The notes under the pieces are model-generated. The model saw nothing but the letters and a program-made list of their open reading frames with translations. It did not search any database and was not told the origin of the DNA. This document shows, one piece after another, positions 30,383 to 38,277 of a stretch of 38,398 nt of DNA. The stretch spans positions 1 through 38,398 of the IMG/VR virus record IMGVR_UViG_3300034150_000057; one strand, given 5' to 3'. The position numbers and the translations under genes were made by a program. Source of the stretch: a virus. Positions within the stretch are counted from its first letter, which is position 1; every line of letters starts with the position of its first letter.

Positions 30383-31004
30383 TGGAATTCGCCCCGAGCT
30401 TCGCGTAAAGCGCGTCAGCCCTGGCAATTTCGTCGGCGCCCTTGGAATGAATGAGATACGCATCTCGCGGCGCGGAGCCCATGATCCACGTATCCCGCGT
30501 CAAATGCTCGGGCAACCAGGTATCTCCGCCTACCGGTCGGATTTCTACCAGCTCGTGGATCGGACGATAGAAGCGCGCCAGCCCGGTGCGGAATAGCCGG
30601 CAATGCCAGTGGTACCGCATCTCCGGCCCAAGCAAGCCATCCCACCAATTGCGTGTCCAGTACAGCCAGGCTAGCGGATCCCGCTCAAGTTCAATCTCAC
30701 CACGATCAACCATGCCAATGTGTTCCAGCATGGCCACAGATGGAAGTTCATCAGGATCAAGCACCAACGTCCAATCTGCCTGGCACTCGACGAGCCCTTC
30801 GTTGCGTGCCCAGGAGAAATCGTCAAGCCATCCCCGGTACGTTACTCGCGTCTGATCCCATGTCGACATGGCTGCGCGAATTTCAGCCGGCGATCCGGTA
30901 TCGACGATCACGCACTCGCTGATAATCGGTTGCACGAACGCGACCAGCGCAGCCAGGCGAGCAAGCGGCGGATCTCGCACGATCATGGCCAGCGCGACCG
31001 TCAT
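30375..31004 (-). CDS. GT-A fold glycosyltransferase (family 2-like)
   Basis: LAMIVRDPP...VIVDTGSPAE...WLDDFSWARNEGL...DWTLVLDPDE matches GT2 motifs (DxD-like DPD, DDFSxARN). The ATG at 31004 has a GAGAGGA SD 6 nt upstream; the track start is TTG at 31010. Confidence 0.75.
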   Translation of the reverse strand: MTVALAMIVRDPPLARLAALVAFVQPIISECVIVDTGSPAEIRAAMSTWDQTRVTYRGWLDDFSWARNEGLVECQADWTLVLDPDELPSVAMLEHIGMVDRGEIELERDPLAWLYWTRNWWDGLLGPEMRYHWHCRLFRTGLARFYRPIHELVEIRPVGGDTWLPEHLTRDTWIMGSAPRDAYLIHSKGADEIARADALYAKLGANSSG

Positions 31005-31028
31005 TCGCAATCCTCTCTGAAATTGGTA

Positions 31029-31064
31029 AACCCCGGCACAGCCCAGAGAGGATGTGCCGGGGTT
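31029..31064 (-). terminator. Stem-loop terminator/attenuator downstream of the major capsid gene
   Basis: Perfect 12-bp stem AACCCCGGCACA / TGTGCCGGGGTT with a 12-nt loop. On the minus strand it is followed by TTTACCAATTTC. It lies 21 nt after the capsid stop and before the glycosyltransferase operon. Confidence 0.55.
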
Positions 31065-31084
31065 CGAGTCGGGAACCGAATCGC

Positions 31085-32413
31085 TTACGCGATCAGGTTC
31101 GAGATTCGCTGGAAGTGGCCCGTGGTCACGTAGGGATCGGCATTGAATCCGATCTCCTCTTCACCACGGAAACCGGTGAGGTTCCGATCCCAGCGCTCGC
31201 CCGCCTCCTCCGAGACGTCCACTCGGTACTGGTCGCCAGTGAACAGCTCAGCGACCTTGTACGCGCCGACGACCAGATTGTCGGCCGGCATGTTCGGATC
31301 GCCGAGCGTTCGCAGACCCCAGATCCGCATGTCGAGGCCGGTCGCATCGACGCTCGTCGGCCCGCCCGACGGCGCGATGAAGAAGCCCGCTTCGTCGGTC
31401 CCCTGGGCGACCATCGTCCAGAAGTCCGCGGCATTCACGACGACGCCATCCGGATTGACGGCGCGATTTGCGATCGGCCCGGCGGCCGCCGCAACTGCGC
31501 TCGCTGCGGAACCAGCGAGCGTGGACGCCGACGGCGTGAACGTCGTGTGGAATTCGCCGGTGGTTCCGATCGACGTGAGGATGCCCTTCGGCTCGTTGGT
31601 GCCGGAACCACGCAGGACGTAGTACGACTCGCCGAGGCCGAATGCCCGGCCCAGGCGCGACCGGATGTTCTTCTCCGCCACTCCGCGCGAATTGCGCAGG
31701 AGCTGGTTGCCGACGTCGTAGATCTCGGCGAGCGTGTACATCGTCGCCGTGTACTTGTCCGTGAGGAGATCGCGCTTCGGCTTCAGCTCACCGGTTCCGA
31801 CGATCGTGGCTCGCGTCGGAGCGAGGCCCTCCGTCGGAATTTCGACGCCCGTGACGAATCCGACCGGCGTGACCGTGAGGAGCGTCCGGTACGGATTCAG
31901 CGGCACTGCGATCTCAATGAACGACTGGAGCACCGCGCTCGGAACGATGTTCCCGCCTGCGGCCGGCGTGTCTCCGAGCGTGGCCTTCGACTCCGGCGGG
32001 ACGTCGGCCCACACCGAGCCCATGCCCTCGAGCTGCGCCTTTCCCCAGGCATTCAGATCCGGGCTGACACGGCGGCTCTTGGACGCCCACAGCGAGTAGA
32101 AGAACCCGGCGCTCGCAGCCAGGTCGCCAGGCTCGATACCGGCCCCGATTGCTCGCGCCTTGCTCGGCGCTCGCACGCCGGCCTTCAGCTCGTTGATGTC
32201 CTTCAGCGCCTGGGCGTATTCCGCTTCGCGCGCCGCGGCCTTGCGCTCGTCCGCGATGGTGGCCATCTGCTGGCTGAGATCGCCGAGCTGCGACTTCAGC
32301 TCGACGAGATCACCATCGCCGGCCTTGATCTTCTCGGCGATATCCTCCATCGTCTTGAGGATGACGCCCTGCTGTTCGCTCAGGCCGTCGATATGCTGGC
32401 TGAGATCAGGCAT
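31085..32413 (-). CDS. Major capsid protein, HK97-like, with N-terminal delta (scaffolding) domain
   Basis: 442 aa. The first ~100 aa are coiled-coil (LSEQQGVILKTMEDIAEKIK...LKDINELKA), as in HK97 gp5. It follows a prohead protease. GGGAGGA SD. Confidence 0.85.
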   Translation of the reverse strand: MPDLSQHIDGLSEQQGVILKTMEDIAEKIKAGDGDLVELKSQLGDLSQQMATIADERKAAAREAEYAQALKDINELKAGVRAPSKARAIGAGIEPGDLAASAGFFYSLWASKSRRVSPDLNAWGKAQLEGMGSVWADVPPESKATLGDTPAAGGNIVPSAVLQSFIEIAVPLNPYRTLLTVTPVGFVTGVEIPTEGLAPTRATIVGTGELKPKRDLLTDKYTATMYTLAEIYDVGNQLLRNSRGVAEKNIRSRLGRAFGLGESYYVLRGSGTNEPKGILTSIGTTGEFHTTFTPSASTLAGSAASAVAAAAGPIANRAVNPDGVVVNAADFWTMVAQGTDEAGFFIAPSGGPTSVDATGLDMRIWGLRTLGDPNMPADNLVVGAYKVAELFTGDQYRVDVSEEAGERWDRNLTGFRGEEEIGFNADPYVTTGHFQRISNLIA

Positions 32414-32435
32414 GTGTTCGCTGTCCTCCCTCGCC

Positions 32436-33209
32436 TTACTGGCGAAGTTGTTCGGCCAGGCGGCTGGTCGCGTCCACGGACTGGACGAATTTCTGCCACC
32501 GGGCTTCGTCTTCGTTCGACAGCGCTCGCTCGTTCTTCGCCTTGACGCTCGCCAGCAGGGTTGCGTCTGGGTCAGCTCCGAGGTTGTGCAGTTCGGATAG
32601 TACCGTGCGGATACCGGCCAGTGCGATATCCTCCGGCATCTGATCCAATATGGCCTTGACCGGCTGGATGATGCTGAGCGTGTTTTGCGGCGACGTGCTC
32701 AGGGTCTGCATCATGTGCGCCCAGGCATCGATCCGCCGGCCCGCCTTCGCGACGCTGCCAGGCACCGGCTGCGACGAGCCGAAGATCTGGGCGCCTCGCG
32801 CACGCAGGCGAGCGACGAGTGCCAGGCGCTTCTCGCCGGCATCCAGCCAGAGGTCGGACCACCAGCCGAATTCATCCGGCTCGGCATCCAATTCGGACTT
32901 GCCCAGGAATACGCCGGTCAGCACGCCGGTTGGATCCCCATGCGCGGGGCTTGGCGGCCGGGCAGCATGGTGCCAGTCGACGGGACGCACTCGGTCCTGC
33001 CGCAATGCACGGTGCACGAAGGGATCAGTTCCCTCGTGGAAATACTCGCCGTCGACGTCGAGTCCCTTCGCGTACACGTTGCTCGGAACCGGCCCGCCGA
33101 ACGGGATCGACAGAATTCGCCCAGGCCGCTGGCCGGCGTAGAAACCCGCGAGTTCGTCGGGATCTGCGCCGAGGTTTGCCTTGACGTCAAACTGTGTCTT
33201 CAAGTCCAT
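32436..33209 (-). CDS. Prohead (capsid maturation) serine protease, HK97 gp4/S78-like
   Basis: The ATG at 33209 is preceded by GGAGGAG (5-nt spacer). Motifs DVDGEYFHEGTD, RPVDWHH and IFGSSQPVPGS fit the His/Ser protease pattern. It sits immediately upstream of the capsid gene. Confidence 0.6.
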   Translation of the reverse strand: MDLKTQFDVKANLGADPDELAGFYAGQRPGRILSIPFGGPVPSNVYAKGLDVDGEYFHEGTDPFVHRALRQDRVRPVDWHHAARPPSPAHGDPTGVLTGVFLGKSELDAEPDEFGWWSDLWLDAGEKRLALVARLRARGAQIFGSSQPVPGSVAKAGRRIDAWAHMMQTLSTSPQNTLSIIQPVKAILDQMPEDIALAGIRTVLSELHNLGADPDATLLASVKAKNERALSNEDEARWQKFVQSVDATSRLAEQLRQ

Positions 33210-33360
33210 CGGGCTCCTCCGTTTCCGCGGCACGCTCGAGCTGCATCCCGCAATGGCGGAGCGCCAGGTCCAGGCGCGCCGCGTCGTCTTCGGTGTGAGC
33301 CTTCGGTGGGAACGCCTCGTCAAGCGCTGCGATCACGTGCGCTGCGTCCGTCGTGTCCAT
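33187..33360 (-). CDS. Possible small acidic protein (57 aa)
   Basis: Own translation: MDTTDAAHVIAALDEAFPPKAHTEDDAARLDLALRHCGMQLERAAETEEPDGLEDTV. It overlaps the protease start by 23 nt. Below the track cutoff. Confidence 0.35.
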   Translation of the reverse strand: MDTTDAAHVIAALDEAFPPKAHTEDDAARLDLALRHCGMQLERAAETEEPDGLEDTV

Positions 33361-33363
33361 GGC

Positions 33364-33465
33364 CTAGCCTTTCTTCGCCGGCTTCGGTTTTGCTTTGGGC
33401 GGCGGCTTCGTGACAACCAGCTCGCCCTTATTCCAACCGAACCGCTTGGAACTTTCCTTCGTCAT
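33364..33465 (-). CDS. Possible small basic protein (33 aa)
   Basis: Own translation: MTKESSKRFGWNKGELVVTKPPPKAKPKPAKKG. The ATG overlaps the portal-fusion stop (ATGA at 33462-33465). Confidence 0.3.
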   Translation of the reverse strand: MTKESSKRFGWNKGELVVTKPPPKAKPKPAKKG

Positions 33466-36413
33466 AGCGTTGCCACGATGTGTCGAATTCCTTCCGCGTC
33501 AGTCACATCGGAGATGATCTTCAGCTTCGTGCCGCGCGGGAAGATCAGCTCCGCCTCGCGATCGTTGAAGAATTCCCAGGCGGCATGTGCGCCGGCCGGC
33601 ACCCGAATTTCCATGTACGCCGGGTTGTCCTTCTGGTCAGCGAATTCCTCGCCGGTCCGACGGCTCAGGGACGTGGACATGAACCCAGGATCGGTCACTT
33701 CTCCGCCCGTCAGATTGCCAGGCAGGTACGCGCTATCCAATCCGCGGAACACCTTGATCGGTTTGGGGATGGTATTCCGCACGATCGCCCCGTCCAACGC
33801 GGCGATCTGCACCTTGTGATCCTCGACCTGGTTTCGACGGATGGCATTGTTCAACGCTGTCGATGACTTGTAATACGACCCCAGTGCAGAGACTTCCTCG
33901 GGCGCCAGGCTCTCGCGCCAGGCTGCGAATTCCGCGTCACCCCACTTGACACCTTCCACGTGGCTGTCAAATTCGGTTGCCTCACTCGTCGCCTCGAGTT
34001 CCTCGCCAGCTTCGGCCAGGGCGTCGGGATCAATCTCATCCTCGCCGCTGCCGCCCTCGACCGGATAGATAGGCGAGCTGTCATCAATTAGCGGGATCCA
34101 ATCCAATGTGCCGTTCGGATGATCTTCGATCTCGGCCGCTTCGTCGACGGTGAAGACCTGGCCATTGCGCTCGGCGCACTCCTCATCAAAGTCGCCGTCG
34201 ATCGCTTCGACCTTCTCGACACCCAATTCGCGGTAGCTCTCGACTGCGGCGTCGTTGTACGCGAACGCCGATTCGGTCCGGGCGATTCGCTCCGCGCGCG
34301 ACTCGCCGAATTCAGCCAGGCCGCGCACGGCTTCGATCGCATCGTTGAGCGTGGCTTCTTCGTTCTTGAAGGTATATGCCAGCGCCTCGCGAACCGCATT
34401 CCGCGTGGTCTCATTGATGCCGGCGATGCGATTGCCGCCATGGTCCAGGACCTTCTCGGCCACGCGATCCTCGAGATGGATCGGCGCGGCCTTCACCGGC
34501 CCGGCCTTGGTCAGCACGTTCACCACCCCGCCGGATGCTTCCGTCGCGATCCGTTCGATGTGAGGTGTGAGCGCTGCCGCGAGCTGGGCATCCTGGCGCG
34601 ACGACCAATACGCACCGGTGTCACCAGGCTTGCTGCGGAGATGCCCAATTCCGACAGTGCGAAGCCGCGTGATGACCTGCTCCAATTGCTGTGCCAGCGC
34701 CCGATTTGTGCTCGCCTCGAGGGGCGTGAGCGTCTTCCGTTCGATGCGCGTTCGCAGACCCTTCAGCATGGACTGGCGCAGCTTTGCCTTCGCCTCGGCG
34801 TCAGGTTCGCCAGGCGCCTTGACCGTGACAGGCTGGAGCCCGGTGTGCTGGATCGGCGGAAGTCCAACAGCACCGAGCGAGCCAGCCGGGTCGAAGCCCG
34901 AGCGAATGAGGATACCAACCGCGTTGACCTGGTCGAGCAGCGGCGCCGGCGGAGCGCCTGGCACCGGCGGCGAATTTGCCTCCGGCTTCGGAGTGGGAGG
35001 CGTCTCGGGAAGAGCCTCGTGCGTGGCCGTCGATTCGGATTCGGGCGCAGCACCTTCGATGCCAGGCAGACCCTCGCCCGGGCCGGCCGGCATCGGCGCG
35101 ACCGGCAAGCTGACGGAGGCGACGTAAGCCTCGACCATCCCGCTCGGCAGCAGCACCAATTCGTCGAGCAGGCCGCCCTCCGGTGTTTTGATCTTGTCAC
35201 CGAATGGCTCGAGCCCGAGAATGGTCCGGCGCTCGGCCACCGTCAGCGGCTGGTCAAGAGCCTTCTGCGCCTTCTCATACCTGGGCGAGTCATCGTCAAA
35301 TTCCGGCTCGTCAATGATGAGTTCGACCGTGAGGTTGAATGCCTTGTACCGGTCGAGCAGCCCGAACTGAATCGTCTCGCGGATCGTCTCGAGCCGATCG
35401 TGCACCGCACCCTGCCAGAGCACGGCCTCATCATAGGACTTGGTTCCGCCGCTGTTCAGCCCGGCCGGCGCCTTCTGTCCGACCTGCGAACCTGGCACCC
35501 GCCAACCAGTGAGGATGTCGTCACGAGTCATTGCCATGAGTTCGACAAGCTCGAGATCGTCCATATTTGCCGTGGTCTGCATGAAGTCGATCGGACCGCG
35601 CGCAACCTGGAGTCGCTTCGCCGCCTGCGGTGACTCCACGATATTGCGCCAGTCATTCACGAATTGGGTCCACTGTTCCGGAGTGATCGTCGTCGCGTTG
35701 TCCTTCGGCGAGACGATGCCGCTCAGCCGGCCGCCGGCACTGAGCACACCCGAAACGTGAGCGTCGCCCAGGCGAGTGAGCGCCGCCTTCTCGCCCCATG
35801 CCTCGACCAGCCCGATACCGAAATGGCCGAAGTCAGGCGGATCCAGGTAGAACGAGAGAACCTCTTCCGCCTCGAGCGGTGTGCCGCCCTCGTCAATTGG
35901 ACGGTCCAACGACCAGCCGAGCAGGTTGCCGGCCTTGTCTTCGGCGGCGTACATCCGCGCCGGATTCAGATAGAGAATCGCCAGCGGAGTTCCGCCCAGT
36001 GCCTCGCTCTGGTCGAGGTACCAGAAGCCGGTACCGCACAGGCCGGCATGCCTGGAGGTGAGCGTCCACATTTCGCGACGCGCCATCTTGCGCTTGAGGT
36101 CTGTCGCGGCCTGCGGCTTCTCGAGCAAATCGCGAATGGCAACGAGTGCCGGTGGGCTGTCGTCGTTGATCAGCTCGCCGTCGTCAGTCTCGAGGTGCCA
36201 GGCCACACCGCCCGCCCGGCTAGATACCGCCTGCTCCGCCAGGCGAACCCAGGGATGCCGGCGATATAGCTCCTGAGCGGCAAGCGCCATCTTCTGGGGA
36301 GTGCGGCCGAGTGACCACATCGGCGTCGTGTACGCGAGCGCGGAAGCACCCGGCCCGGAGTAAGCACCGAAGCTGCCCGCCTTGGCGGAACGCCGGCCAA
36401 TGAGAATACTCAC
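33462..36413 (-). CDS. Portal protein fused to a MuF-like head morphogenesis domain and a C-terminal ADP-ribosyltransferase toxin domain
   Basis: 983 aa. Portal-like region aa ~30-430. Pro-rich linker aa 431-540. MuF/SPP1 gp7 signature GESRAERIARTESAFAYN...EDHPNGTLDW (aa ~545-775). Acidic linker. ART triad: KVFRG (R890), FMSTSL (S913-T-S915), REAELIFPRG (E953-x-E955). Confidence 0.85.
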   Translation of the reverse strand: MSILIGRRSAKAGSFGAYSGPGASALAYTTPMWSLGRTPQKMALAAQELYRRHPWVRLAEQAVSSRAGGVAWHLETDDGELINDDSPPALVAIRDLLEKPQAATDLKRKMARREMWTLTSRHAGLCGTGFWYLDQSEALGGTPLAILYLNPARMYAAEDKAGNLLGWSLDRPIDEGGTPLEAEEVLSFYLDPPDFGHFGIGLVEAWGEKAALTRLGDAHVSGVLSAGGRLSGIVSPKDNATTITPEQWTQFVNDWRNIVESPQAAKRLQVARGPIDFMQTTANMDDLELVELMAMTRDDILTGWRVPGSQVGQKAPAGLNSGGTKSYDEAVLWQGAVHDRLETIRETIQFGLLDRYKAFNLTVELIIDEPEFDDDSPRYEKAQKALDQPLTVAERRTILGLEPFGDKIKTPEGGLLDELVLLPSGMVEAYVASVSLPVAPMPAGPGEGLPGIEGAAPESESTATHEALPETPPTPKPEANSPPVPGAPPAPLLDQVNAVGILIRSGFDPAGSLGAVGLPPIQHTGLQPVTVKAPGEPDAEAKAKLRQSMLKGLRTRIERKTLTPLEASTNRALAQQLEQVITRLRTVGIGHLRSKPGDTGAYWSSRQDAQLAAALTPHIERIATEASGGVVNVLTKAGPVKAAPIHLEDRVAEKVLDHGGNRIAGINETTRNAVREALAYTFKNEEATLNDAIEAVRGLAEFGESRAERIARTESAFAYNDAAVESYRELGVEKVEAIDGDFDEECAERNGQVFTVDEAAEIEDHPNGTLDWIPLIDDSSPIYPVEGGSGEDEIDPDALAEAGEELEATSEATEFDSHVEGVKWGDAEFAAWRESLAPEEVSALGSYYKSSTALNNAIRRNQVEDHKVQIAALDGAIVRNTIPKPIKVFRGLDSAYLPGNLTGGEVTDPGFMSTSLSRRTGEEFADQKDNPAYMEIRVPAGAHAAWEFFNDREAELIFPRGTKLKIISDVTDAEGIRHIVATL

Positions 36414-36416
36414 TGC

Positions 36417-36587
36417 TCAACTCCCAGGCGTATCGTCAGGTGGACGGCGGTCACGTACAAACCACAGTGCGAGAAAAGCAAAAGCCGCGACGATCAGAGC
36501 GAGCGGCGGGTAGACCATCGCACCGCCCGTGACGGCGAGTACGAAGCCGGCAACGAGAAGAACATCGTCAGCCTCAAGCTTGCTCAC
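36417..36587 (-). CDS. Possible small membrane protein between terL and portal (56 aa)
   Basis: Own translation: VSKLEADDVLLVAGFVLAVTGGAMVYPPLALIVAAFAFLALWFVRDRRPPDDTPGS. The GTG overlaps the terL stop (GTGA). The stop lies 3 nt before the portal GTG. It fills the only gap in this operon. Confidence 0.45.
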   Translation of the reverse strand: MSKLEADDVLLVAGFVLAVTGGAMVYPPLALIVAAFAFLALWFVRDRRPPDDTPGS

Positions 36588-37984
36588 GCGACCATGCTGA
36601 AGCTGTCGCCTGGCGAGTCTCCGACCGATCCACCGAGCATTAGCTCGGTGAACGCCCAGGCCAGGGCGTCGAGCCGGCCAGGGCTGTCCCCAGACTCAGG
36701 CGTCCAGTGCGTCAATTCGTACTCCAGCTCAGGCATGGGCCGAACGTGTGAAATTCGATCTTGCTCGTACAGCATGGCGATCGGCTCGGCACGCGTTCGC
36801 TTCCCTCGAGATGCGGTGACGAGTTTGATCGGTCCTTGCCAGCCGATCATATCATCACCCCGGCGCGCGGCATTGATCGTGAGTCCAACCATCTCACCGC
36901 CGTTGTTCGATTCAGCCACGATCGAATCAGCACCGAAATCAGACGCTGCTTGCAGGGCGCGCTTTGCCCAGGCCGTCGGACCGACACGCGCCGACCGATC
37001 GTCCAATACGTATCCGCGACCGTCGTATGCCAGGCCGGCCACCACGATGCCGGCCTCGTCCGCCTGCTCGCCGCTGGTCGCATTTGGATCTACCGCGACG
37101 ACGATGCGCGCCAGGTCGGGAATGGTTTGTCCGCCCTTGATGATGAGTGGGGCCGGCCGATAGCGAATATCGTTCGTCGTCCACAATGCGCCAGGCGCGT
37201 CGAGAAGCAATTCCGCGAACAGCTCTTGACGGCCCAGGCGTGTACCCTCGTACGCCTCGAGGACATTCGCTCTGAATGTAGGGGCGAGGTTCTCCAGGTT
37301 GTCATAGCTTGATCCTCGCGTGACGGCCGTGCTCGCCAGCGTGGGCAGGCCAGGCGTGTCGGGCGTTCCAACGAGCAGGCGCACCGGGCGTGGCGTCGTG
37401 GTCATGATCGCCTGCGGTTCGGCGCCTAAGCGCAAACCCAACTTGAGGTTTGACCAGGTGGTTCCCACGGTGTCGCCGGCGTTCGCATCGATCCAGTACG
37501 CAGGCTCGTCACCCCAGGCTTTGTGATGCTGCGGACCACGCAGGCTCGCCGGCTTCTCGCTTGAGTAGACCTTTGCACGAGACTCGTTGGCCAGGAACAA
37601 TTCGCCCATGGACCGGTTCCACGCCGTGTCGCGCGCTCCGCCTCGCAACTCGTGTGGTGCGAACGCGGCGAGCAGGCCGGACTCGCCTTCCACCATCGTG
37701 TCGCGCCCATCTGCGAACGTCTGCGCGACCAACGCAATCCGGGATCCAGGTTCGTCGCGCATCCACTGCGCTACGGTCTCAGCCCCTGTTCGCGTCTTGC
37801 CCCATCCGCGGCCGGCCATGATGAGCCACGTGAACCAGCTCCCGCCAGGCGGCGCCTGGTCTTCACGACGCACGCGAGACCAGGATTTCTCGGCTGCCCG
37901 CTTTTGCTTACTCCGCAGGGAGATAGCCGCCAGGCGCAGGACTCGCTCCTGGTCGCGCGGCGAGAGGTCAGCTAGCTTGGGCAT
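36584..37984 (-). CDS. Terminase large subunit
   Basis: 466 aa. Walker A-like IMAGRGWGKTRTG. ATPase N-domain and a C-terminal nuclease-like region with acidic residues (VAVDPN...ESNNGGEM). Located upstream of the portal. Confidence 0.85.
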   Translation of the reverse strand: MPKLADLSPRDQERVLRLAAISLRSKQKRAAEKSWSRVRREDQAPPGGSWFTWLIMAGRGWGKTRTGAETVAQWMRDEPGSRIALVAQTFADGRDTMVEGESGLLAAFAPHELRGGARDTAWNRSMGELFLANESRAKVYSSEKPASLRGPQHHKAWGDEPAYWIDANAGDTVGTTWSNLKLGLRLGAEPQAIMTTTPRPVRLLVGTPDTPGLPTLASTAVTRGSSYDNLENLAPTFRANVLEAYEGTRLGRQELFAELLLDAPGALWTTNDIRYRPAPLIIKGGQTIPDLARIVVAVDPNATSGEQADEAGIVVAGLAYDGRGYVLDDRSARVGPTAWAKRALQAASDFGADSIVAESNNGGEMVGLTINAARRGDDMIGWQGPIKLVTASRGKRTRAEPIAMLYEQDRISHVRPMPELEYELTHWTPESGDSPGRLDALAWAFTELMLGGSVGDSPGDSFSMVA

Positions 37985-38277
37985 TAGCTGCCGGCCACTC
38001 GTAACGCTCGAATCCGCTCTCGGAATATGGGATCATCCTCGCCGTAGCCCTGCTCAGGCGTGACCTCCAGGCTGACCGGCGGCTGGCCGTAGCAGAACAA
38101 TGCGATGTTCGCCCCATTCGCAATCTGCTCGCGCTCTTCGGGCGTAGGCTCCCAGACTGATTTGACCCAGCGAGGTTCGTCCAGATCCACCTCGACGTGG
38201 AGATCGCGAACCTCGTACTCCTGGCCGGCCGGTGCGGTGAACACCTTGTTGGACCGCTCAGTACGTACCGGTCTCAT
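37984..38277 (-). CDS. Hypothetical protein between terS and terL (97 aa)
   Basis: The ATG at 38277 overlaps the terS stop (ATGA). The stop TAA overlaps the terL ATG (TAATG). No recognisable motif. Confidence 0.55.
   Translation of the reverse strand: MRPVRTERSNKVFTAPAGQEYEVRDLHVEVDLDEPRWVKSVWEPTPEEREQIANGANIALFCYGQPPVSLEVTPEQGYGEDDPIFRERIRALRVAGS

Noticed and set aside
31052-32545. Long plus-strand ORFs antisense to well-supported genes: 497 aa at 31052-32545; also 34119-35633 (504 aa), 24319-25452 (377 aa) and 26096-26827.
   Set aside because: - They lie entirely opposite the motif-supported capsid, portal, tape measure and major tail genes.
- They are Arg/Gly/Leu-rich in the way shadow ORFs of GC-rich DNA are.
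- They have no SD or promoter.
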